Source: Octopus sinensis
Lineage: Eukaryota
Direction of reading: 5' to 3'
Assembly (NCBI RefSeq): GCF_006345805.1
Contig: NC_042998.1
Span: 69,874,001 to 69,938,000, forward strand
DNA length: 64,000 nucleotides
In this document: positions 12,361 to 25,951 of the stretch, in pieces
How the letters are laid out: every line of letters begins with the position of its first letter
Numbering within the stretch: position 1 is the stretch's first letter
Made by a program: the position numbers and the translations under genes
Notes under the pieces: model-generated
The model's input: only the letters and a program-made list of their open reading frames with translations
Database searches by the model: none
What the model was told of the DNA's origin: nothing

Positions 12361-12689
12361 TGCTCAAACGACCACACGAATAGCGTTACAGAGACACAGG
12401 CGCTCAAGCAACCCCATGCATACAAGCAGACATGCGCATACACACAGACTCATACAATCACGCAACTACATAGAGCGCAGTCCCCCCGTGCCCCTCACTA
12501 CTCCCTCCAAAGATGTGGACAGGAGTACAAGAAAAGTGTGTAAAGCCATTTGACAACAAGGACGGAAGTACTCTCTTATGTTGAAAGAACATTTGACTTA
12601 ACACTGCCGCCATGACAAGAGCCGACTTGTAGGCGATGGTGGAGGTGGTGATGGTGGTGGTGGTAGGGATGTGGTAGTCTGAAACAACA

Positions 12690-13150
12690 ATAAAAACCAC
12701 CACCATCACCACCACCACCACCATACCACCACCACCACCACCACCACCACCACCACCACCACCACCACCATCACCACACCTACCACCACACCCACCACCA
12801 CCACCACCACCACCACCACCACCACCATCACCACACCTACCACACACCCACCACCCCCACCACCACCACCACCACCACCATCACCACACCTACCACCACA
12901 CCCACCACCACCACCACCACCACCACCACCATTACCAAAACAACAACAACATAATAATAATAACAAAAACAATAGCAACAGCAAAATAGCAGCAACAATG
13001 ATGGCGAACATTGTACATTCTGAAACAACTGCATGAACGGTAGCAATAACAATAACAACAGCAACAGCAGTAGCAGCAGCAGCAGCAGTAATGGTGACGA
13101 CAACGACAACAAAGATGGCGACGATCAGAAAAATAAGCGGCAACAATAGG
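12690..13150. repeat. (ACC)n array with three higher-order units (caccatcaccacacctaccacca...), then (AAC/AGC)n
   Basis: Unit recurs near 12765, 12825 and 12875. Confidence 0.9.
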
Positions 13151-13324
13151 TAAACAAGCCAAAGCACAAGAAACATTGTAAGATAAGCGGAGACACATGC
13201 CACACACTTAAGAGTAAATGTAAATGGTTCTTTTATTTGCTAGAAAGACACCTATCGATAGATTTTTAACGGAGATCAAACACAAAGGCACAAACACAGC
13301 GGGTGGTACATAGTTGTAAAACGA

Positions 13325-13570
13325 TAAAATAATAATAATAATAATGATAATAATAATAATAATGATAATAATAATAATAATAATAATGATAATAATAATA
13401 ATAATAATGATGATGATGATGATAATAATAATAATAACAGTAATAAATAATAATAATAATAATAATAATAATAGTAATAATAATGATAATAATAATAATA
13501 ATGATAATAATAATAATAATAATAATAATGATAATAACGATAATGATTATGATAATAACAATACTAAAAT
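13325..13570. repeat. (TAA/TGA)n microsatellite
   Basis: Direct reading. Confidence 0.95.
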
Positions 13571-13629
13571 AATGCACAAGGCCACAAGATTTGGTGGAAG
13601 GCACAGTTGACTGCTAACTGTACTATTTG

Positions 13630-14700
13630 AGTAATATTTATTTTATCAGTCTTGGAAAACGTAATGTTTTCTTAATGATTAATCAGAGAAAAAGAAGGGA
13701 CGGTAGCCTTGATGTTTCAATGCCCCCTCTCAAAGCCTGCCTGTCCACCTCATACCGATTGATCAGCTTTATGTTGTTGGTGTTCTGTTTGGACTTCAGG
13801 TGCTTTCATGTTTGTAGGGGAAAGAGTTGCGGTGAAGGAAATCTGGAGTTTCGAGTGAGATGATTAGGAAATATGTTTTGTGTGACCCGGAGAATGAGAT
13901 ACAGTAGGGATTGTAAGAGGAAAACAGATAGATACATTATGTAGGTTTTGGGTAGATGTATTAAATAGGGGTTCAGCGGTTGTTTTAGATGGAAGCATTA
14001 GTCAAAAGAACCGTATCAATTAATGTATCAGTGTCAAATAAATGGTTTGTTTGCTGTGGTCAACGATATTTCAGATGTGTGAATAACATTGCATAATAAA
14101 CGTTAGGGTGGGGAGGATTTATGCCTGTGCAGCATGGGGTCGTAAGCTAAACGGGCAGAAAGGCAGCGGGTTTACCTACAAGAGTGTTGCTTATAAACTT
14201 TACTGGCCAAAGAATGGTTGGTAGGAGTATTCCAAAAACGGTAATTCTTGGTTGAGAGAGAGAGAGAGAGAGAGAGAAAGAGGGGGAGAAAGAAATAGAG
14301 AATTTGCATTTTGTGCAATGCACAAAGGCATTTCTTGTTTTTTTAATAATGATTTATGTTGGGGATAAACATCTTCAAGTTGGTGATGGATTCTGATAAC
14401 CTTGAGAAATAATAGTAATTCTTTATATGAGTAGTGAGCTGTGTGAAGGGTGTGGAAGGGTAAACGTAGGAATATGGTTTTGGTAATTCTCTAGTGCCGG
14501 AGGTAAAGTTCTCCCTGACAAGTGCGGTCAGTATAGAAATGTTTGACCTTTACCATTTATCTGACCTGAAGCACAAGTACGATGGAGTTTTTGTGAGATG
14601 TTTAAAAGGAGGTTGGTTCGGTGTAACTTTTTAGGAATAGTGGTAGGAAGTTAAAATAATGATACTCTTCAAATTATTGAGCTTCCAAATGCACCCGTAA
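13630..14700 (-). mobile_element. Possible very old Penelope-like remnant
   Basis: Minus-strand peptides IYPKPT*CIYLFSSYNP (~13910-13958, like VYRKPT..YL.F.S.HP) and QPRITVFGILLPTI (~14200-14255); many stops. Confidence 0.3.
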
Positions 14701-17700
14701 ACATTTTCCGGCTGAGCTGAACCATGATGATCCCGTCATACTCTACACTTGTAGTCTCCCTAGTGTGGTCTTTGGTAAGACCCCGTCTCACGAATGCTTC
14801 TGTTATTCGTGTCTCACGTCGCACTATGTCAGCATATTTGTTGGCCTATTTTCTTCAGATTGAACATTGAGCAGTTCGTAGTTACCCCCTACAACCATTG
14901 TGAAATTGAATGACTATGTGAAGGCGAGGAACTTCAGTGGCCGAATTTCTTCTTCTAGTACTCCATTTTCTGTCAATACTACAAGAAGATAAGTAATATT
15001 AATGGAAAGAGAAACTTAGGTGACACCAGCTTCTGCAACTACGTATTTAGCGATCGTTTCCATCATTTCTGAAGCTGCGACGAGGAAAGTTGCTGGAGCA
15101 ACGACTGTTCATCAGAGGTCTACTATTATTATTACGGATCCTCTTGTTAACATTCCTGGACTTTTTCTTGTTCTTGAAGATCGGAAAACCTTCAAGGGGT
15201 CTTACACAAGTGTAACAACCTTGCACCATCTGTTTCATGCCTTTTGCTTTCTGCACTCAGAGCGAAACACAGTTCCGAAAGTACTCTACCGTTTTTTGGA
15301 GTCATTAAAACGACATCTTGTCTTTGTGTACTTCAACTGTCCGTATTGCATCACAAAAATAATGACGATACTTTACTGTAAGCAACATGTTGCGCTACCT
15401 CAAGTATTGTGGCATAACTATTGGAGCAGACTGTAGTGCATCGGCTCGGCTTCTTTTTATTAACTCGTCTCCCATTTAAGATATCATGCATATGGTGCCA
15501 CCGGCCAGAGTTGCTTACAGTTGCTATTTAGGAGGAATGAGAAGAAAAAAACCTCAGGTCTTTCTAGATGCAGAGGTAAGAATATTTTATTTTTTATTCG
15601 CTATTCGACAACGGATTACGGCACAGACGTACATTCCCTTGTCACGCAGCTCTGTCAGGCAGACTTTTTCTCGACTTAGTAATTCCTATTTATGACCTGT
15701 TTGTTTGAGGCAGCTAGCTCAACGAAAGAAGGGAGTGGAAACACTTCCTCTGTTTCTTAGTTCGTACTGTTCATTCATTATTTTGCTTCGTCAAACGGTC
15801 AAATACCTGTGTGTGTGTGTGTGTGTGTGCGTGTGTATGTGTGCGTATGTGTGTGTGTGTGTATATGTGTGTGTTTGTATGTATGTGTGTTTGTATGTGT
15901 TTGTATGTATGTGTGTTTGTGTGTTTGTGTGTATGTATGTATGTATGTATGTATGTATGTATGTATGTATGTATGTATGTATGTGTGTGTGTGTGCGTGT
16001 GCGTGTGTGCGTGTGTGAGTATGTGTGTATGTATGTGTGTGTGTGTGTGCTTGAAATATATATATTATACTGAGGGATTGAAGTAATCTTCCTTTACTCT
16101 GTCTACTATCTGTAAAACGCATTTGTTTTTCGGATTTTTTCGGGGGTGGTTTTAAAATGTTGAAAGCGTTTTATTTGTTTATGAAAAGCAGAAAAAAAAA
16201 TATTTTTCTTCTTAATTTAATGCTTTTTTTTTCTTTACCTGAAAACAGGGAAGAATTAATGCAAACAATGAAATCGCTACTTCTCTATTTAGAATTTCTG
16301 CATTAAAAATATTTTAGCAAGTTGTTTCACCTGGTAATAATCAATATATAGGAGAGCTAGACGAAACATCTTTTACAACAACAACAACAACAACAACAAT
16401 AATAACAATAATAATTCATTTGCTAATCACTTGCCATTAATTCCATAACTCAAAAGTTGAAGCTTATTGCATTCTTCTTGCTAAATTTAATTATTCACTT
16501 CATATATTTTTTATATGAAAACATTAAGTTGGGGTTACTGACACAGCTGTATAATATTATCATAATTTATTGTGTATATATATATAATTGTATATTTGTT
16601 TGGTAAACACAACCTTAATAGCAATCACGTCTCATATATAAGAAACCATTTAAAGCATACTCACAGCATATTTAGACTACATCGAGAATATCAGTTACAG
16701 GCGGATATAACAGTAATTAAAAATACATCTAAATTAACGTACACTGCAGTTAATCTCATACTTAGAACCGTGCGTGACATTACGTATAATGCTGCCGTTG
16801 TTATGAATGTCATTTATAAACCTTAGCTTTTCTGAAAATTTCAATCGCAATTATGATTTTCTCTCACCCGTTAAATATGAGTTAAATTAGGTTTAATGTG
16901 TCACAATTAACCGTAATGTATTTACGGTTACATACAGCGGTGTTATAATATTGTAAGAATATTAACAAATTATTGTGTTCAGTATCATGAAACTCTATAC
17001 AAAACATAAAACAATACAGTACATCAAGCAGTGGCCTATACATTGGCTATAATTAATACTCTTAGTTTTGAATATAATTCATTTAAACAATAACATAATT
17101 TTGCTGTCGCCTAGGAGAATCATTATGCTAATAATAAAGGCACACACTGGTTCTATTTCACTTCTTATTTTTAAAAATTTTATTTGTCAATTAATTTTAG
17201 AGTTTCAAATAGAATATAGTCTGTTTCAATTTAAATGCAATTTTCATACTAACTTATGATCAGGATATACTGATATTTATATACTTAGGTCGTAACTTGA
17301 AAACTTTGGATTGAAAAGAAGAAACATGTAAAGTATATTGAATGATTTATGAAAAGATGACGACATATCGACATCTTATTAACTCTAAAGCATAAATTAA
17401 AGTAGTTTTATTATATAATTTATGGTAAAAATAATATTCATTGACGGAGTCCGCCATTAGATTTCCGTGGTAGGAAATTATTGTAGGTTCTTGTGAGCAT
17501 GTTTAAGCGTCACGATATAAACATAGAAAGATGTTAAAGGGAAAAACAATATTTATGTTAGCTGTCTGCTTCCTGTTTTCTGAAGATCTGATGTGAAAAA
17601 AAAAAACCCCTGCAAATGTCTAAGCTCTTGTCCAAATGTATCAATCGCATTTTGAATGGATTCATCGTGGTTTTCAAAAACTTAAGCTTGATGAACATTC

Positions 17701-17799
17701 ACCATGCAGGGTTCAGATAAGCATTTATTCGCGCCATTGATCATAAACAGGTTTTTTTTTTACTTTTCTTATAGTTCCTAAGGAGCTCAACACTGAAAG

Positions 17800-19110
17800 T
17801 AGTTACGGGTTTTGTTAAAATAATAAGAACAGCCTGTCAAACAGAACGAAGTAGAACGGTTTCTTTGAGCAAACACTGAAGTCCGTCATTATATCCATTA
17901 CATTGTTTTTTTCCCTCTCAGATAAGATTTCAAACCAATTGCACTGCTTGAAAGTTTCCGATTTCACATATAGTTCCGTGGCTCCTTGATATCGAAAATA
18001 AATCATTTATATATTCACCCAACCAAAGCGCGGACATCTGCTAATCTATCTTTTAAGCCCTTCTCAAATCAAATTTGGTCTTCATACCAGAAAAATAATG
18101 AACACTAGGAAATCGCTTTTATATCAAGGAGATTCCATGTGGATTAAAAAGAACTTCTGTTCGATGTTTTCTATAACGGAACAGAGGTAACTAAGCTTGT
18201 ATGGTTCATGGTGCTAGATAACCTCAGAAAAGTGCAGTACACCAATAGCTCCGGTCTGTATCGAGATGAGAGCTTAGGTATTTCATACAGCATGAACGAC
18301 TGCACCATGGGTAGATTTAGAGAGAACTTGATTGGCATATTAAAGTCATGGACGCCATTTCAACAATAGGTTACTTTTTAGGCACACAATTAGATGTCAG
18401 CTTAAGCAAATACTAACCTTAAAGAAAGTAAATTAAGGAAGCCATATACATACTTAAAAGTTTCAATTTTCCCGGAATATTTCAGTAGATATATAAATAA
18501 AAGACTTCCTTGTTTAATTTCAAAAAAGGTGGGGTTTAAAATGGTATATTATTATGCCTTGCAAGAATCTGATTTAGCAAGAAACTCGTATTGGAAAATT
18601 TCTCAAACAAAAGAACCAGAAAAACTTCATCTGGTTCAATTCACTTAACAAAATGAATGTAGCCATCAACATATTCGGTAACGTAATATGTACGATAACG
18701 TTTCCAACCTACAACAAATACTTCAATACTAATAACATGAAGACCAGCTATTCTTGCCTGGATAGCGTTATCCCATATCACAACAAAACACATACCACAA
18801 TGTACGCCATAACAGATCGGTTCTACATATTACAGTAGAACACTTTAACTTGCCTGCTTAAAGGAGCGTGTCGCTTCAAAGCGGTGATATACAGAATACT
18901 ATAACTTCATCTAATGGCACTGAAAAAAAAAATGTGAATATCGACACAAACAACTTTAAGAACCGATACCATCAGTATCTATATGCATTGAGATTGAGAG
19001 ACAAAGACAATTCCAAACCTTTGTCTCAGTTCATTTAAAGGAAAAGACCGTAGAGATTAATGTACCCCAATGACATGGAGCAATGTGGTCAAAGTCGTCC
19101 TATTATTCGA
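17800..19110 (+). mobile_element. Decayed Penelope-like retroelement (RT + GIY-YIG endonuclease region)
   Basis: Colinear peptides RKSLLYQGDSMWIKK, NGTEVTKLV, GLYRDESLGI (YRDD-type site, 18253-18270), RKNFIWFN (to 18640), KTSYSCL, CLLKGACRFKAVIYR, FKNRYHQY..SKPLSQFI; many stops and indels. Confidence 0.8.
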
Positions 19111-19204
19111 GTAACAGGATACGTACCAACTTAATTAGTCCTGAACTTGGGTTCTCCGAGAAGGAATGCCACTCTTTAATTCATATGCTACAAATGACCA
19201 CGAT

Positions 19205-19614
19205 ATTCTTTTATTATTTTACTTTTTCAGTCATTTGATTGCGGCCATGCTGGAGCACCGCCTTGGGGGATTTTAGTCGAGCAAATCGACCCCAGGAGTT
19301 ATTTTTGAAGGCTAGTATTTATTTTATCAGTATCTTTTACTGAACCGCTAAGTTACAGGGAAGTAAACAAACCCACATCGGTTGTCAAACGGTGATAGGG
19401 GACAAACACGCACCCCCCCCCACACACACATATATACACATATATATATACGACAGGCATCTTTCAGTTTCCGTCTACCAAATATCCACCCATGAAGCTT
19501 TGAACGGCCCGAGACTATAGTAGAAGGCATTTGCCCAAGGCACCACACAGTGGGACTGAACCCGGAATCATGTGGTTGGGAAGCAAGCTTCTTATCACAC
19601 AGCCTTGCCTGGAC
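19205..19614 (-). mobile_element. Full-length OK-like SINE
   Basis: Both halves with a short internal (CA/TA)n; B-box-like gggttcagtccc on the minus strand. Confidence 0.92.
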
Positions 19615-20369
19615 CTATAAATAATTCTCCAAGGGTTTCTTAAGATTTAAAGGATGATGAATAAAACAAGATCCTGACTTACCCAACCTTTCTACAAAGC
19701 AGGTGGCCGGTCTAAAGTAAAACGTGTGAAACATGCGTAATACATGCAAATAGACATATGTGTATATTTTATGTATTCATAATTATCTATTTAGTGTAAT
19801 GTTTCGTTATTACTAGGATCAGCAAAAAACTATTCCATCTACCAAGAGATAAATATATATGCGTGTGTATGTGTGTGTGAGTGTGTGTATTAACTTATAT
19901 AATCACACGCTGACACGCGCGTTCACACACATATATATATGCATACGTGTATATAAGGACACGTATAGAGTTATAACATTGCTCGACGCCAATAAGTAAT
20001 GGAGTTTAGACCTAATAGGTTTCATGTTAAAAGAAATATTATCGTTAGTCAATCAGTAAACATTTGTAGACAGTTGACAAAATTATTCATTATATGAAAT
20101 ATTCCATTTTATATAAACCATAGAATTTCCGTCTCGAAGGAGATCCAAATTCATGAATATGCAAGTATATGTAGTCAATGTTATAAAGCGCTGTTATTAT
20201 ATGAAAATGTTATTGAGAGAATAGTTATCTCGTATCGTTCTAGAAAAGTGTCATAAATAAACAAACAAATTTGTATCGATACATGATTTCGACGTTTGTA
20301 TATGATTTAAAGATTTTATAGATAAGAGCTCTCAACATTTTGGCATGTATAAATGTCTATTTGTACGCA

Positions 20370-20790
<421 letters not shown>

Positions 20791-21207
20791 TTTGTGTGTG
20801 CGTAAATTAATTACAACTTAACACCGAACTCTCTTTGTTATACAATCTCGGAATAGAAAGAAAAATATCGAGAAGCCGGGTTTGTTTCAATCTTTACTGA
20901 GATTTCATCAGTTAATGGGACCATCATTCTCTAAGTGTCCACAGCAATACTATAATAATGCCTAGCGGCAGAAATCCGCACCAGGCGGAGCGATAACAGG
21001 TCTGTGATGCTCTTAAGGCTTTCTATTTATAAATGTTCTAAATTCTTCTCAGCCTTGGTTTTTTTCTATCTACACATGCTGATATATGACTTACGTTGGA
21101 CTTCTTATTCGCATAATCACTGAACCTGGAGCTAAACTATGGTCTATCCATAGCACTTACTCAGCATTATTGGGTCTTATTGACATCATCACCTCTCATA
21201 ACCCTTC

Positions 21208-21274
<67 letters not shown>

Positions 21275-21279
<5 letters not shown>

Positions 21280-22452
21280 TTAGAACTTAGATAAAACTTA
21301 GATATGTTTCGACCAGAGATTGGTCCAGGCCATGTCTAACTTAATAGCACCACCTGATAGGATTATTCGAATCCTGTTTAAGTCAAGTTTTGTTCAAGTA
21401 GTGAGTTCTTGTTGGGTGAGTTGTATCCAATTATGGGTGGCTTATCTGGTATTCTTTGAAGGAATCTATCCAGACTCTGTTTAAAGTTGATGGGATCCTT
21501 TTCCTCTTTGATCTCCCTCGGGACAATGTTAAATAGGGCAGGGCCTGTTGAGGAAAAGAAATTATGTTGCAGTGTACATGTATGTTGTGATCTTGAATTG
21601 GCAGGGGACGTATAGCCCGTGGTCCAAGTCTTGGATGGACCTTGAAGCTAATGTTTAGGTCGTTTGGGCAAAGTTGGCGGTATATTTTCCACATCGCACA
21701 AATGATGTACCGCTCACGGCGACGCTGGAGGGAGTAAAGTTTCAAGGTTTTAAGGCGATCCCAATAATCGAGAGCACCATGCCTTCAATTTGTTTAGTGA
21801 GAGCCCTCTGGGGTGACTCAATTCTGGAGATGTTTTGTCTTGTGTGAGGAGACCACAGTGGGCAGCAGTATTCAAGGTGTGGCCGTACAAAGGAGGAAAA
21901 AAGTGGTATGATGACACCTTGTTCTCTGGACCGGAAAGTTCTTAAGATCCAGGAACTCATCCTACGAGCTATATCAACCTTCTTGTTGATGTGTGCACTC
22001 CAACTGAGATCGTCATCAACAATTACAACACACCCGTCTCTGATATTGTTAGAGGCTGTGAGCGGTTCCCCTGAAGGAAGAGAGTATGGTTGTTTTAGTG
22101 AGGAATTTCTTCCAAAATGCATCAGCTCAAATTTTCCCTCATTCAGTTGCATTTTGTTTCTGTCTGCCCATTGACTCACAGCATATAGATCAGACTGGAG
22201 TTGAGTTCGGTCTGCTTCTTCATTGACGATTTGCTGGAGCTTAGTGTCATCAGCGAATATTTTCACTTTGCAGTGATGTACGACACTGGAAAGGTCGTTT
22301 ACGTAAATTATGAAGAGTAGCGGACCCAAAACAGTTCCCTGGGGAACACCGCTGGTGACTTTTGCTGGGTTTGAGTGGACTCCATCAACTACAACATGTT
22401 GCGTTCTATTCGCCAGGAAATACTTAATCCAGTGTAGAACTTTTCCACGGAT
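21275..22452 (-). mobile_element. 5'-truncated CR1-like LINE (RT C-terminal half, 3' stem-loop, (TCTAAGTT)n-like tail)
   Basis: ORF 21742..22479 has SGVPQGTVLGPLLFIIYVNDL, FADDTKL and VRPHLEYCCPLWSP, continuing by frameshift into 21431..21745; the 3' end has a gacca-atctc-tggtc hairpin then repeated tctaagtt. Confidence 0.93.
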
Positions 22453-22507
22453 TACATAACCACGTGTGCATCGTTGCAATTTTCTTCCTCTGTTTTCCCT
22501 TTATTTC

Positions 22508-23191
22508 GGCGATTTTGACGTCTATATCTAGCATATAGGCTATCCTATTTTAGTGGTCACTCCTCTAAATTTTGTATGTAAAAAAAATTTATCTTCGGAT
22601 TTTTTAAAAATATGCTAGGCCACTAGTTTTAATTGATTAATATCAATTTCTACTCTTATGTAATTTTAGATAAAAGAATGTTCTCTAACCGGTAAATTGA
22701 CTGCTGTAGTTTATTAACTGCAGAGTAATTTCCGATCTCAGCACGCCAAAGTGAAGGCATTTGAAAGGATACACATAAATATAATTTGTAGAAATTTATA
22801 CATACTGGATTTCGGTTGAGCGTTCTGTATCTAGTTCTGGAAATTGTGTTTTGTAAACGACAGACTATGCTGATGATCTTGCAGATGTTTACGTGTCCAT
22901 ATACGTAAATATTAACAAGTGAAACTAATTAGTACATAGGTAATCGTTTTTTATTTTGTATATTTTCATTTGTCTTGCTTATTTTACACTTTAGTTTTTT
23001 GCTGAGTTTTTTTCTTGAGAACATATTCTTCGTGGAAAATGGCGATTTGGACGTCTATATCTAGCATATAGGCTGTCCTCTTTTAGTGGCCAGTCCTCTA
23101 AATTTTGTATGTAAAAAGATTTTTATCTTCGGATTTTTAAAAATATGCTAGGCCACTGGTTTTAATTGATTAATATCAATTTCTACCCTTA

Positions 23192-23198
<7 letters not shown>
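22508..23198. repeat. Pair of ~157-bp direct repeats (22508-22665 and 23041-23198)
   Basis: ggcgatttkgacgtctatatctagcatataggct...aattgattaatatcaatttctac present twice with few differences. Confidence 0.92.
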
Positions 23199-23245
<47 letters not shown>

Positions 23246-23261
23246 ATATTATATATATATA

Positions 23262-23812
23262 TCTTATATGTAATCCGTTCTGTCTGTCTATGTGCGTGTC
23301 TTCTCGGATCTCGGGCATCCTCCATCCGATTGCGCTCAAATTTGATATGTAGATACCGACGGTATCAGGGCGTGTATAAATCTTGAAAAAGTTACAAAAA
23401 TCGATTCCAGGTGAGAATGCGATTAATAAAGCCGTTTTGTCCTGCTTTTCTTCCATCAACCTGTATATAACTACACCTTCCATTTTTTTGTTGCTTTTGT
23501 ACTGCGTAAAGGCACGTTTCTTTCCTGCCAAGTTTACTATTTAAACCATATTTGTATTCTCCCAGTCAACAGCTTTATCATTACTGGTACTTTAAACTCT
23601 TCGGTTGCCTATTTGTGTGAATAAAATCGTTTTTCTTTGGAATAGAAAAAAGTCTATCTTCATTTTTTCTTTTGCTGGTGTCTCAAATTTAGGTTAAATC
23701 GGTGTTTCTCAAAGGGGAGGCCTATGGGACGGTCGGACAAGTTGTTTTGAGAAAATTTGGTTTAAATGTTTGACAACTCAGCACCGTCCATTGGACGGGG
23801 AACGTTTTGCTC

Positions 23813-23813
<1 letters not shown>
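23262..23813 (+). mobile_element. Non-autonomous Helitron-like element
   Basis: 5' TC after A, ctgtctgtct microsatellite near the 5' end, 3' hairpin ccgtcc-att-ggacgg (23784-23798), then CTCG (one mismatch to CTAG) before T; no TSD; sits in (AT)n. Confidence 0.75.
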
Positions 23814-23851
<38 letters not shown>

Positions 23852-24423
23852 TATATGGGCACAGCACATCACCAACAATAAGCAACATGAAATACGAAAA
23901 CAAATGAGTTAAATACGTAAATAACGAGAGAAAAAAGGACAAGTAATACAAAGAATAACCCCTCATCAGTTGTCAGCTGTCTATCTACTCTCATAATTAT
24001 GGAGGGTCAAAGTTAGGAACAAAAATAGGACAGCAGAGACATGCAAGGAAACCAAACGAAAACAAACATGGAGGGTCGTTAGACATGAACGAAGGGAAAA
24101 TAGTGAACGCTGAGAGAAATATTTTCTTTGAAAAGAGAAAAGATAGAAGAGAGAGATAAGAAACGTTCAGTCCTTAGAACGTCCGTGCAAGAGAGAAAGA
24201 TGGTCACGTGAGGAAAAGAAAGATGGACGATGTTCAGGTGTGAGCAACGAGAAAGAGAGAGAGAAAAAGAGAAAGAGGGGAAGAAGAAAGAGACAAATAG
24301 AAAACGGTGAAAGAGAGAAAAAGGGAATTAGAGAGGATAGGCGAGAAAACAGTATAGAGTAGAGTTGCATCAAAAAGGTTAAGATAGACTTACTTGGAAA
24401 TGGATGCATGGTGTTCAATTAAA

Positions 24424-24461
<38 letters not shown>

Positions 24462-24649
24462 GCATGTTATAAGATAAAATTAGAGGTTACAATAGATCTA
24501 AGTAGAGGCTAAAAATATTCCACCGATCTTTCTATGCATCCACCTTGTGTCTACCTCTGTCATCTATTTTCTCTCCTTACACCATGCTATTAAACTTGTT
24601 ACTCTATGGAGTTATTTTCTTTGTTTCTCTTGTTACTCTGAGTTATTTG

Positions 24650-25896
24650 TTGCGGTTCTCGTTGTTGTAGTTGTAATTGTTGTTGCTGTTGTTATTACTC
24701 TTGTTTCAATGGCTACTATTGATCAAGATCCGTGTTGTTGCCATGACGATGATGAAGGCAATGATGATGATGATGACGATGATGATGATGTTGATGATGA
24801 TGATGATGATGATGGAGACGACGACGACGGTGGCAATGTTGGCATGGTGATTGTGATAGTTATACGATGATGATGATGTGATGATGATGATAACCACGAC
24901 GATTGATGATGATGATGACGATTGATGATGATGATGACAATTGATGATGATGATGACGATTGATGATGATGATGATGATTGATGATGATGATGATGACGA
25001 TTGATGATGATTATGATGATGAGGATGAGGGTGACAATGGTGCTGGCGATGACACTGATGATGATAATGGCTATGATGATAATGATGATGAAGATGATGA
25101 TGACGATGATGACTTTGTGGTTACTTCACCCCAGGCCATTGTCCAACCACAATAAACAGCTCCATAACTTATGTGATATTCGTCCCGATGGTGATGTGTT
25201 GATGGTTTGCTGGTGGTGATGGTACTGAGGGTGGTGGTAGTGGGGTGATGGAGATGCAGGTGATGGAAACGTTGGAGGCGATGATGTTAGGAATAATGGC
25301 GGTGCGGAAGTTCAGATGGTATTGAATTGATGGTAGTAGCAATGGTAGTGATGGCGGTGATGGTGATGATGATGGTTTGTATTGGTTGTGACAATGATGG
25401 TGGTGGTGGTGTTGAAGTTGACGGTGGTGGTGGTGGTGTTTGTGGTGGTAATGGTGGTGGTGATGATGCTGGTGATGATGATGGTGGTGGTTGTGATGGT
25501 GGGGTGGTTGCAGTGATGATGGTGGTGGAGGTGATGGTGGTAGTGTTGATGTTGGCGGTAGTGGTGATGATGGTGGTGATAGTGTTTGTGGTGGTGGTGC
25601 TTGTGGCGGTGGTGTCTGTGGTGGTTGTGTTTGTGGTGGTAATGGCGGTGGTGGTGGTGGTGATGATTGCATTGGTTGTGGTGGTGGTGTTGATGTTGGC
25701 GGTGGTGTTGCTGATGGTGTTGATGTTGGCGGTGGTGTTGGTGATGGTGGTGGTGATGGTGGTGGTGTGTTTATGGGGGTAATGGTGGTGTTGGTGCTGG
25801 TTGTATTCATCAGGGTGTATGTAGAGTTGGTGGTACTGAATGTGGCAGTAGTAGTATTAGTATTAGTAGTAGTAGCAACAGTAGCAGCAATAGTAA

Positions 25897-25951
<55 letters not shown>

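Noticed and set aside
22860-22925. TDYADDLA peptide suggesting an RTE-type RT
   Set aside because: Only about eight residues with no flanking RT motifs; chance cannot be excluded.
23940-24000. Minus-strand ctgatgagggg as a hammerhead core
   Set aside because: No stem II partner or GAAA in register in this copy.
24880-25010. Regularly spaced repeats as a CRISPR-like array
   Set aside because: No unique spacers; simple higher-order (GAT)n slippage in eukaryotic DNA.
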